DNA of 64,000 nucleotides from Trichinella spiralis (taxonomy: Eukaryota), in contig NW_003526941.1 of the NCBI RefSeq assembly GCF_000181795.1, positions 9,278,607 to 9,342,606 of the forward strand, given 5' to 3'. A program made the translations under genes and the position numbers. The notes beneath the pieces were generated by a model that was not told the DNA's origin, ran no database searches, and saw only the letters and a list, made by a program, of their open reading frames with translations. This document shows positions 14,376 through 25,543 of the stretch, in pieces. How positions within the stretch are numbered: position 1 is the stretch's first letter; each line of letters begins with the position of its first letter.

Positions 14376-15509
14376 GTAAATCAAACTGAATGAGCATTCT
14401 ACTAAAATATCTGTTTATAAGAATAGCGTTTTCGGTTTATATTAATGTTTTTCAACAGCTTTTTATTTTTTGTTTCAAGAAAAAACAGGTTGAAACGTCA
14501 GTTAAACAATCAGTTTACTGAAATTATTATTGTTAATGTCGCCGATCGTCGAACCGACGTTCCCTTCATCCTTGAAAATGACTCCTGAAAAATTTTATAA
14601 TTTCATTGTATTGTGAATTACACTGACTTATACATCTAAGTCACCGTTTTTGCACTTGTTTTTTCCTCTCATTGAGAAAATAACTCCATCTCCACTAATG
14701 TTTGTAGTATTGATAGATGGACGACAACGCCTGATCATTGGTACATTAAGGTTGAGTAAAGGAAAGCGATTCACTTTATTTATAGCAACCTTCACATCCT
14801 CCATCCTGCAACTTCTCCTTCCTACCTTCTTCCGTTGCTGTCCCGCCATGCTTTCTTTTCTAATGATCCCCATCATCGAGCAGTTAACGATGCTAACTTG
14901 AGCACAAATCGCGCTCAACTGAAAACTCTATCCACCCCATATTTCGAGCTGAATGAACTGCGCTTAGCTATTGCGACCAGATATAAATCTGATGATTTCT
15001 CCAAACTGCTATCTACTCGCCATATTTTCTTACTTATAAAGGCGATATTGCTTAACCCTGGCTATTTCTGATGCTTTTCTTTTATTCTTTTCATAAACTG
15101 CAATGGACAATGGTCACCCGCAGAATTTTCTTGAAGTTATTTTGCAAAAGCATAACCGTTTACCATCACGATGCGTCACTCGTGAAATTCTGTGCTGAGG
15201 TAAATTGCACGTTACACAATTTCTGGAATTATCATCATAAAATTTCATGTAAACGGTTTTATTTTCTATAAATCTTAAAACGTATTTCATTATCGAAACT
15301 ATTTTTACTAGATGACATTTTTTTATTATCTATATAATTTTGATTTGAAGAAAATCATTGGTAAAATATAAATTATTGTATCACCTCCTACTTTCAAGCA
15401 TCAAAATTCTTTCAACGCAACAAAAGCATTTCCGGTTATTTTTCGTAATTTTCAATGCCTCTGGTTAATAAATTTTCGTTTCAGCTAATTTCAGTAAAAT
15501 AAATTTGCA

Positions 15510-15567
15510 TAATAATGCTATGTTACGTAATAATGCAATATTACGTAGTAATGCAATACTGCGTAAT
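15510..15567. repeat. Short imperfect tandem repeat, ~18 bp x3 (TAATGCAATATTACGTAA-like)
   Basis: Directly visible. Confidence 0.7.
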
Positions 15568-16486
15568 TATATGAACTGTGTAAATAAAAACGTAATAAAT
15601 TTCATCATCTCGTTTAATAACGATGTTCATAACATTCATTCCACTGCGTTATTACTGACGGAAAATTAGGTTGTTCTTCCGGAGGCAAAGTAAATAGTCA
15701 TTTGCATAATTTACTTAATATTATACATTTAAACAGCACTTTGTTACATTAGGTTATTCAGTTGACTGCAGTGCTATCAGTCATGTGCGTGGTCAACTAT
15801 AATTCCGCTCCTCAACACCAACAATGAAATATCGGTAAGTTGGATTTGATAATGTTGTGGTGGTATGCTATGCATGTCATTTGCATCACTTTACTAATAT
15901 GGTGAATGGAAACTGACGGGTTTCTTTTCTATTGTTGTTATTGCTGACTTTCAGGTACATCAGATGCTGGAGAAGAAGAAGTACGTATTTCAGTTTTTTA
16001 TTTTGAGATTGCTGCATTAATATAATTTACTTTCAGAATTATATCAATGAATATGAAATAAACTGATTCTGAAAAGTAAGTAATTGAATATGGTTCCAAT
16101 GCATCGAAATAATTTTGCACTCTTTTTTATTTGTAATATGTTCATTTTTGTTTAATTGAGATTGTAGGCTAGCTACGCCATTAGCACCACATTACTTTGT
16201 AAAGACTGAAGGTAAAATTATTTCAATTTATATAACACTGCATTAATAACTTTTTAGGAAATTTCAACTTTCCTTATTCATTATCTCACTGCTCACTTTT
16301 CTTATTCATTGTTACATGACAAATAATGCAGCGATATTACCGGTATGTTTATACTTTTTGTACACTTTACTTAAACTATCAATAGCAGTTAATATTAAAC
16401 CTATATGAAAAAGCCCTATTATGAAAAGTATAACTTTTCAGAAGAAAAGATGAATAACAGTGCATCATAATTTTTGAATTCCATTC

Positions 16487-17650
16487 ATTTTGTAATCTAA
16501 TATTTTATCTTTGTTTTATTATTTTTTTAGTTTAACCATCTCTCTGGATGTTTCCATTGCGGTCTGTCATGTTCCTTCATCAGCTCCCCTTTCAGGATTA
16601 CCTCATCGTCAGAGTAAGATTTCATGCGGTTTGGAATTGCAATAGGTTACGTTCACGCAGTAGAACAGTTTCAGTTAGCTTGAATTTCATTCGTTTTTGA
16701 TCTGATGTATTTTTTTGATTTACTTAATCATTTTTTTTAGTTGAATCATCAACATGTCGATTTTTCTATCGTAAAAGACAAGTGTCCCAATTGTTCCTTT
16801 TATTTCCTAATTGTAAGAGTAAGAATGAATTTGATTTCTTTGACGTAATCTATTTATACGATGAAGAATATTTAAGAGGTTTGGATACACAGTACAATGT
16901 GCTACATTGGTTGGTTGAGCCGGCAGATTTGAGTATTTCACGTGTATTAAATTAGATAACATCTCTAATAACACATTGCATCATCTCAGCTGAACTGTTT
17001 TGGAGTTTTTTTCGCTCTGGACACCGTGGTATATCAGGATCATCAATTTGCTTGAATTTGCTGCTAATTGCAGTTCGGTATTTTGTATTTTGTAATCTAA
17101 TACTTTATTCTTTTAGTTTACCCATCTTTTTGAATGTTTCCATCGCGGTCAGTCATGTCCCTTCAGCAGCTCCCCTTTTAGGATTACCTCATTGTCAGAG
17201 TAATAATGAATTTCATGCGGTTTGTAATTGCAATTGGTTACGTTCAAACAGTGGGGCAGTTTCAGTTATCTTGAATTTCATTCGTTTTTGATCTGATGTA
17301 TTTCTTTGATTTACTTAATCCTTTTTTAGTTTAATCATCTCATTGTCGTTTCTTCTACCGTAAAAGACAAGTGTTCCAATTCTACCTTTTATTTTTTAAT
17401 TGTAAGAGTAAGAATGAATTTGATTTCTTTGACGTAATCTATTTATACGATCAAAAAGGTTTGGATACACAGTACAATGTGTTACACTGGTTGGTTGAGC
17501 CGGCAGATATGAGTATTTCACGTGTATTCACATCTCCAATAACAGATTGCATCATCTCAGCTGAACTGTTTTGGACATTCTTTCTCTCTGGACACCGTGG
17601 TATCTCAGGCTCATCAATATGTATGAATTTGCTGATTGCAGTTCGGTACG
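16487..17650 (+). repeat. Two diverged tandem units of ~590 bp (16487-17080, 17087-17650); 16522-17240 is arm C with an inverted copy at ~20215-20960
   Basis: Repeated blocks such as CAGCTCCCCTTT.AGGATTACCTCAT, GGTTTGGATACACAGTACAATGTG and CATCATCTCAGCTGAACTGTTTTGGA. The ORFs 17052+ and 20122-20433- share their first ~47 aa. Confidence 0.9.
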
Positions 17651-18143
17651 TTTAGTGTACAGATTTTGTTCATGATATCAGCAATGGATTTTTTCATATC
17701 TTCAAACTGCGACATTTCTTGTGATGGCGCTGTGAGTTGAAATTGTCGGTTCATTCCCCAGTGTTCCCAGTGTGATTTCACTTATCATGAGTAAGTCCCA
17801 TCATGGTTTCACTTATCAATAATGATTGTAATTTTAGCAGATTACGTTAAGAGTACGTATGCATCCTTGTAACGTACAGGTGCACTGGATTACGTCGTCC
17901 CGTAAAGCGTGTACTGATGCCAACGCGTTCACCTGGACATAAAGGCGTTTTCTAGATGCCCCAATGTGCCTTTGCTTACCACAGAAAGTAAGCATCGAGC
18001 TCCTAATTGCTGTACAGTTGTGATCACTTTGCTATTCTATGTATGTATATGTATATGCGTTTTCCGTTATTTCCGTTATTGACTTTCACTGTTTTTTAGA
18101 TGTCAAATCGCCAGTCGCATGCCGTTTGTCGTCCTTGATTGTC

Positions 18144-18400
18144 CAGGTAATCTGAAGGTTTAGGCAACCCTTCAGAATTAGATGATCATCCGGCATTCTG
18201 GTACCGCCCAGGTAAGCAGAGTAAAGGTAAGCAGAGTAAAGGTAAGTATGATAGCGCAGGTGAATAGAGTGAACGTAATGGTAAGTATGTCAGCGGATTC
18301 GTATAGAATAGAAATAGTCGACGAGGTAAGTATGAAGCATAGGTGAGTAGTGGACAAGGTAAGTATTTCTGGTAAGTAAAGGTAAATGGACAAGGTAAGT
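18144..18400 (+). other. Array of ~12 5' splice-site-consensus motifs (G|GTAAG / G|GTGAG / G|GTAAA)
   Basis: GT at about 18147, 18212, 18227, 18242, 18260, 18281, 18326, 18343, 18359, 18372, 18382 and 18394, with mostly non-repetitive purine-rich spacers. Confidence 0.85.
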
Positions 18401-18439
18401 CTGTGACGGGAAGGGGTGAACAAGTGGTAATAAGAGTAT

Positions 18440-18968
18440 AAAAAAGTCAATATGCAAATTTCTAAAAAAACCATTGAACACAGAAGCAATGAAACACCCT
18501 CAGGTGGTTTATGCAAATTTTAAATCGCCTGGGGAAAATATGCAAATTTTTATTTGCCCTGAGGCGTAGCCTGAGGCAACGCCTGGGGCTAAATTTCTGA
18601 AAAACCGAAATTTTTTGAAAAAATGCCTGAGGCATAGCCTGGGGCGTAGCCGGAGGGCATTAAAAATTTGCATATTACCCCCAGGCAATTAAAAATTTGC
18701 ATAATCACCCCTTAAGGTCAAATATTGTGCAAAAAATCGCCCTTGGCGTAGCCTAGGGGCAATATGCAAATTTTATTTGCCCTGAGGCGTAGCCTGAGGC
18801 AACGCCTGGGGCTAAATTTCTGAAAAATCGAAACTTTTTGAAAAAATGCCTGAGGCATAGCCTGAGGCGTAGCCTGAGGGCATTAAAAAATTTGCATATT
18901 ACCCCAAGGCAATTAAAAATTTGCATAACCAACCTTTAAGGGCAAAATAATGGTATAGCCTAAGGCTG
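18440..18968. repeat. Tandem of two ~224-bp imperfect palindromic units built from ATGCAAAT and GCCTGAGGC-type motifs
   Basis: 18538-18720 repeats at 18762-18945. ATGCAAAT at 18452, 18511, 18540, 18764 and ATTTGCAT at 18666, 18695, 18890, 18919. GCCTGAGGC at 18569, 18625, 18792, 18848, 18860, plus variants at 12-bp spacing. Confidence 0.9.
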
Positions 18969-19065
18969 TATTTTGAATTCGAAATTTTCAGTGATACTCT
19001 GTAGTGATTCATTTACGTGATTCCTTCAAGTGATGTACTTCATGTAGATGTGATATCCCTCTACA

Positions 19066-19153
19066 TCACTTACCTGACTTACCTTTTCATTTATACTTAC
19101 CTATTCCCTATATACTTACCTTCATACTTACCTTCCCTTTCGTAGACTTACCG
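19066..19153 (-). other. Array of 6 5' splice-site-consensus motifs (GGTAAGT on the minus strand)
   Basis: ACTTACC on the + strand at about 19068, 19077, 19095, 19114, 19125 and 19146; five are ACTTACCT (AG|GTAAGT). Confidence 0.85.
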
Positions 19154-20214
19154 TTACTTTCAGTTGAACGCAACGTGGCTGTTTGCATAGCCATGTTGCG
19201 ATTTAAAATCTAAAAGATCCTATAATACTTTCCTAAACGTACCTGGAAAACCTTCAAAACTCTGGTACCATAACGATTGCAAATGGATATCTGAAAAGGA
19301 ATAAATACCTGATAAACTGATAAACGTATATAAAAGTAATATGTACTTATAGTAGAGTATCACGTCATTCAAACAAGCAGTAACGCTTTCAAGTAACGCA
19401 TATTCAATAACGCAGTTACCAAAGAATGCCACTTCATCTAACAATTGTAATTTAGATTGTAAAAGTAGAGGATGGTAAAATTGATAAAACATCCATATTA
19501 TAAAAAGGAATTGACAATTCTTTCTTACTCTGTGATAAGCCATGTAGGACTGTTGGGAGACGTATTTGCCTAAACAAACACAGAGTGACATCGGCATTGT
19601 AGTCGGGGAATGATGCAATCCACAACCATAATGAACAGAATCTGCACTTACTGAATTTTGACATACCACTTTGGGAACGTCCTGATAGTAGCTCGCACTA
19701 ACGGTATAATTTACACGGACAACAGCGCTGATCGACTGTATTGCAATTCGATAACTGCTACCATTACAATCGTCTTCTTCTTATTCACCTTCTTCTTACT
19801 CTTATGATAAGCGAACCACAGCGGGAGGGTTCAGAAACGCTACTACGCCACCTTCAACTAACGCTGAGCGCCATCAGTAGGAATCCCATATCAGTTTGAA
19901 GGTGCTGATATCATCCATTACTATAATAATCAAAATGTGCACTGAATTATTTTTGTGATGACAGAATTAGAAAGCACTGAGGCAAACTTATCACAATGGA
20001 AAGAACTCATAAACAGTTCGACTGAAATGGCATTATCTGTTACTATTATAAATGTTATATAAATTTAATATAAAATTATAAATCTAAATATATCTAATAA
20101 TGTATGCTGCTTGTTGTCTAATTAAACAAACCGATTACTTACTGAATTTTGAAATACCTTTTGAAAGCGGTTATGGAAAGTCGAACTACCATCGTGGAAG
20201 TACAAGTACATTGA

Positions 20215-20960
20215 AACTGTTCTGTTGACGTAACCAATTGCACGTAACTTATTGCAATAACAAACCGCATGAAATTCATTATTACTCTGACGTTGAGGTA
20301 ATCCTAAAAGGGGAGCTGCTGAAGGGACATGACTGACCGCGATGGAAACATTCAAAAAGATGGGTAAACTAAAAGAATAAAGTATTAGATTACAAAATAC
20401 AAAATACCGAACTGCAATTAGCAGCAAATTCAAGCAAATTGATGATCCTGATATACCACGGTGTCCAGAGCGAAAAAAACTCCAAAACAGTTCAGCTGAG
20501 ATGATGCAATGTGTTATTAGAGATGTTATCTAATTTAATACACGTGAAATACTCAAATCTGCCGGCTCAACCAACCAATGTAGCACATTGTACTGTGTAT
20601 CCAAACCTCTTAAATATTCTTCATCGTATAAATAGATTACGTCAAAGAAATCAAATTCATTCTTACTCTTACAATTAGGAAATAAAAGGAACAATTGGGA
20701 CACTTGTCTTTTACGATAGAAAAATCGACATGTTGATGATTCAACTAAAAAAAATGATTAAGTAAATCAAAAAAATACATCAGATCAAAAACGAATGAAA
20801 TTCAAGCTAACTGAAACTGTTCTACTGCGTGAACGTAACCTATTGCAATTCCAAACCGCATGAAATCTTACTCTGCCGATGAGGTAATCCTGAAAGGGGA
20901 GCTGATGAAGGAACATGACAGACCGCAATGGAAACATCCAGAGAGATGGTTAAACTAAAA
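20215..20960 (-). repeat. Repeat arm C' (inverted copy of 16522-17240)
   Basis: Reverse-complement identity with a few substitutions (e.g. CATCGTCAGAG vs CATCGGCAGAG), diverging towards 20215-20295. Confidence 0.9.
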
Positions 20961-20970
20961 NNNNNNNNNN
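20961..20970. other. Scaffold gap (10 N)
   Basis: Run of N. Confidence 1.
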
Positions 20971-21903
20971 CTTGTTAATTTATTTATTTTTAGTCGCATT
21001 TCGCGTGCATTTCCATCGCAAACTATTACATTTAAAGTGAACTTTTAAAAAAGCAATGAATAATGTTTGAAAAAGCGAAAGAAAATTAAAATAACGACAT
21101 ATTTAGTTTCAATGTAAAGTTAAGGGAATCATAAAGTTGATAATAAGCATATTAATGCACAAAATCATGGATTTTTGGACAATCCCAAAGCTTGTAATGA
21201 TTACGTTAAGAAAATCAAGTATTAATCAATAGAGCATATGATTATTTTCAGAAATTCATTTCAGTTGATTGTCAGAATTAATACATTTAACGGGAAAATT
21301 ATAAATGAAATATTTTTTAAATTCTAATCAACTGTCATAAACTGTGCTGAAAGTTGTCTAGATGTTCTGCAAATGAAGAAATGCAGAAGTGCATTCATTT
21401 TTATCAAGTGCACTACTCTAACGCGACGTCTATATCAATTGCGGAAAATCACGCATAAGTGTTGTGGTTAAAGAATGTTTGAAAATGGCACTATTTGCTA
21501 TATTGTAATGCAAGCATCGTGCAAAATTTACATGCTATTTATTCAAAATTCAGTGGATTATGTTCACAGAAATTTTGCATCGCACGCCACGTTGAATTTA
21601 TCAATTATAATCTAACATTTTAAGAAAATGTTTTCATTCTTCAAAAAATAGCTAAGCTATTGAGCATAAAATTTCAAATAGTTGAAGAGAAAAGGTTTTT
21701 TCATTAATGATTTCAATTGATCACATAAATTCAGAGAATATGATAAATCTCGCCGGCACAATAGATTACAGCGTATTAGTGAAGAAATGATTTTTTGAAC
21801 GGAGCAAGAATAGAATTTTGACGGACGAACTGCAGCAAGTGATAAATAATCTCACTTTAATATATAGGGATGTGAAAACATATTGATAATTTTTTACATA
21901 GAA
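20971..21903 (-). repeat. Repeat arm B' (inverted copy of 12570-13503)
   Basis: Reverse-complement identity. Confidence 0.92.
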
Positions 21904-23361
21904 ATTTTAAATCTTCTCAGCTGAGAAAATTGCGCATTTCAGAACAATTGTTCCTGATTTTTCGTTTAGGCTTTACAGAACCCGTAAATTTACGAATTTT
22001 TGATTTACACAATCCTGTTTCTAGATAATGGTTTAGAAATGATAATTATTCGAAATGATAACTGCTAATTGCATATCTAAAGCGTGATGATTCTCAAGTA
22101 TGATGCTCATTCAGAATTTATATCCTCTGCAAACAGTCACACTGAAAAACCATATAAAGCGAAAGCAGAAAAGCATTAATAAATAGACTGAAAATAAAAG
22201 CAAATAGTCACAGGTTTGATAAACCTGAGATCCTCAAATGATATTGTTACGATCAGAATAGGATTCCAATAATGACAATTCAAGACAAGATATTCTAAAA
22301 TTTCATTTTCTCGGCAGATCAAGACTGTGCACTGCAATAATAATTGTTCTTGACTTCTGTTTAAGCATTACATCAACTATTTGCAATTAAGCAAATTCCC
22401 TAAATATTAATCATTCAGAAGAAATAGAGTTATTTTAAATTTGGTTGTTATAATAACAAATTATTATTAATATTACTTTGTTTGCTTCCTTTAGTTACAA
22501 CAACATGTTTTAACCCATTTGGCATGAGATCAACAATTGCGCATCATTTAAAATACATGTAATTCAAGTGTTCACAATATGATTTCCATTTCAGAATAAC
22601 CCATTTTATGGTTCGTTGCTGTTTTGCTATGTAACTGTTATGCAGATGTCTCAGTAGATTTGAATACATTCTACACTTGCATGATTTCAGTTGCTATAAG
22701 CTGTAAACTTATCTATTTTTATTCTATTTGATAATTGTTGCAAACAGAATATTTTGAAGTACATTTGAAAGAAGCATTACATTGTTCGAAGAAATAAGAA
22801 AATAAGTATTAAAAAGGATATGTTTCGTATCAGTAAAACGTTCTATGAACTTTGAAGACAACAATGAGCATTCTATTCAACGAAATTATTGTTTGCATTA
22901 CGAGAAGAAAACTTTCCGTCTGTACTTTGAGACAATCAGGTATTAATTGTATCAGTAGCAACAGTGATGGAATTTTGTATAAACAGATCGTAATAAATAG
23001 AGTGATAAACTGTGTGAAAATGAATGAGTTTTACGTTTGATGAGTAGTAAAAGTGTTTTTGAAAGTATCAATGAGGTAGAAAATATTTTTAATGAAAATC
23101 TTTCGATCACGTTTTACAAACGAGCATTGTAGTTTATATCTGAATTCCACATGTTGATCCTTAATTTCTTATTATATATTTGTATTTATTCAAAATAATT
23201 ATTATTCCCATTTCTGAATCACACTGCACATATTTCGTTATTGTGAAGTTGAAATGTATGTAATAAAATGCGAAATGTTTGATATAAAAAGTTTTAGTTT
23301 CAATTCACTAATGTTTAAAGTGTATGTGATCGTTCGCTAGTAAAAATGATCTTCTTCAATG

Positions 23362-24265
23362 GACCGTGTGTTAAGAAAGAAAAAAATTATGATAGAAACT
23401 AATAAAGATAGAACAACAAATAAGTAAAATTTCATACCTGGCAGTAGGACCGTTGGTAGTAAAGTAAGTAGACGCTGATGTAGACAGAACCGTTGAAACG
23501 TCCAGCTGCTTGTGATTAATAGTATTTTTTGTTCAGCATTTCCGTGGAATTTGTAGAAATGATGCACTGAAAATGACCAAATAATAAATAACGCAGCGCA
23601 GTCTCTTCATCAGCAATATAGTCAAATAATAAGCTGACTTTTGTATGTAGGAAATCTCTTCAAAATTTGAATAACATAAAATGTATTCAGCAGAATGCCG
23701 TCGGCAGTGTTCACCATCATATTACTAAATATATAATTTTCTGACCAAGGTTATGTTTACCTAGTAGAAAATAAGGCGCTGAGTTAGTATGGCACTTAAA
23801 TGTATAACATTATTATGATAATTTGTAATATTGATGGAATATATTGTGTATTTGTAAAAATAAATTTATCAATTTATGAGTTTTCTCAAATTCAAAATAA
23901 ACTATACGGGAGAATTTTCCATATATTAGAAAGAGTATAAATGGAATTTCTGAGAAAATAAAAGAAAAAGAACTGCAGAAATAAAGCAGCATACAAATAG
24001 TATAAGCTACTGTTCGTGAGCACGAAATGAGATGAAAATGTAGAAAATCACTTTTTAGAAGTATAAATAAAACCTTAGTTGAGTTTAATTGGTTGTGTTA
24101 AGTTGTTTGCTAGATTGGTTTTGCTGTTGTACGTACATCTGCCGGCAAGTATGACCAATCGGCTAACACGGCTCATCAGGAAAGCAAAGCTGAATAATCG
24201 AAATTTAAATACCTAAAATGAAAGCTCAAAACAAATTATTGTAATTGAAAAATGTAAATTGAATT
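23362..24265 (-). repeat. Repeat arm A' (inverted copy of 5432-6333)
   Basis: Reverse-complement similarity with multiple substitutions and small indels. Confidence 0.9.
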
Positions 24266-24517
24266 TTTCACGTAGACATTGCATGAGACATGTGAATTTG
24301 GAATTTCCATTTTCTGAAGATTTATTCTTCAACTCCGAGTTTACCTGACTCAGCGTTGCTTCAAAAATATTTCTTTATTAAATTTATTATTATTATTATT
24401 ATTAAAAGTCTTTTATTGTCATTTTTTACAAATACACAAATTATATAAAATGTTAATTTTTATATACATTTGGAACATGTGAGGTTAGAGGATTGGAAAA
24501 GTTTTGGTCGAGTGTTT

Positions 24518-25543
24518 TCATTTTTTCACATTATCCTCTTCTGATCCACTTGCTGTAAAACTTCTTTCTGACTTCTTCGAATTTTCATCACTGTCTGATC
24601 TGCTGGAGGATCTGTCTGAAGCTGTCAAAGATTCGTCGCTCTTTGCAGTTTTCTTGCTCTTTTTGAATTTTTTCGACTTGATTTGCTTCAATCGTTGCAT
24701 AATTTTGTCGCTGAGCTTGGTTTTCTGATCTTCACCAGCTTCCGTTTCACTAGCAGTTGTCAGTTTAGCTTCCTCTTTCGGATCTTGTATTTCTTGAAAT
24801 AGCAAATTTTTCGTTTTCGGATTCGATTTGTCCCTTTTGCTTTTCGATTTCACCTTTTCATCTACAAGCAAATGATCAGGATAAATTTTTTTGTTCCCAA
24901 TCAAATGACTGATTTCCATGCACACCTTTCTGAGGATGTTCGGCTGAGCTGTTGATTTCGTGCCGTTTACCGGCCGTTGCTGGGGTTCGTTTACCGGATC
25001 GCTGATTCCACTTCTTTCGCTTCAGATCACTCTTCTGAATATAACACTGGGGCTGCAGTTCCGCCTTATATTTGGCCGGTTCAGCTTTTCCACTGGCTAA
25101 CAAAATTTCACTTCAATTTCTCCATCACCAAGCAGTAGTCATCGATCAACAAAGTCATTCTTACTTTCGTCGTTCGGATCCCCTGATCTGTTGATTTGTT
25201 GTTGCCAATTTTTGCTGCTTTGCAATAATTTCAATTTCTCTTCCACCGATCTCACTTCATCATTCAGTTCTACCATTCTCAACTGTAGCCTTCTTTCTTC
25301 ACTGACCACGTCATTGCTGCTTCTACCCGGCACGTCGACTCGGCTGTCTTTCACTTTACTGCCGGTAGATGCTGTTGGTGAATTTTTCAATTTCACCATC
25401 ACTTTATCCATCATTCCACAAGTGAACAAACCAACAGCCTCTGGGATCATTCGAATTTGCCGTCCTGACCTTTGAGCTTCCCAAATTTTTTTCAACACCA
25501 CACCCACCACAACAACGAACAACACTGCAATAAGCCAATCCAT
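24518..25543 (-). pseudogene. Disrupted or lineage-specific gene: N-terminal membrane anchor, coiled coil, Lys/Ser-rich tail
   Basis: Three consecutive same-strand ORFs (25139-25543, 24876-25103, 24518-24925) with coding-like composition, separated by stops and frameshifts and lacking convincing intron signals. Starts MDWLIAVLFVVVVGVVLKK. Confidence 0.5.

Noticed and set aside
14540..15070. GC-richer patch with 80-96 aa ORFs on both strands
   Set aside because: No recognisable motif or consistent exon chain.
18200..18400. CRISPR-like or spliced-leader gene array
   Set aside because: The repeat is only 6-8 nt with irregular spacers, the context is eukaryotic with no cas genes, and no repeated 22-nt leader with SL RNA body was seen.
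18178..18516. 112-aa Leu/Thr-rich minus-strand ORF
   Set aside because: A by-product of the repeated CTTACC motif; no other coding evidence.
19066..19153. ATACTTACCT copies resembling the U1 snRNA 5' end (possible U1 gene)
   Set aside because: No U1 stem-loops or Sm site follow; the motif is simply repeated, so it is better read as donor sites on the minus strand.
5432..24265. Single giant TIR transposon (Maverick or foldback) explaining the palindrome
   Set aside because: No target-site duplication or sharp termini visible at the outer arm ends, and no integrase, polymerase or transposase ORFs inside; not excluded but unsupported.
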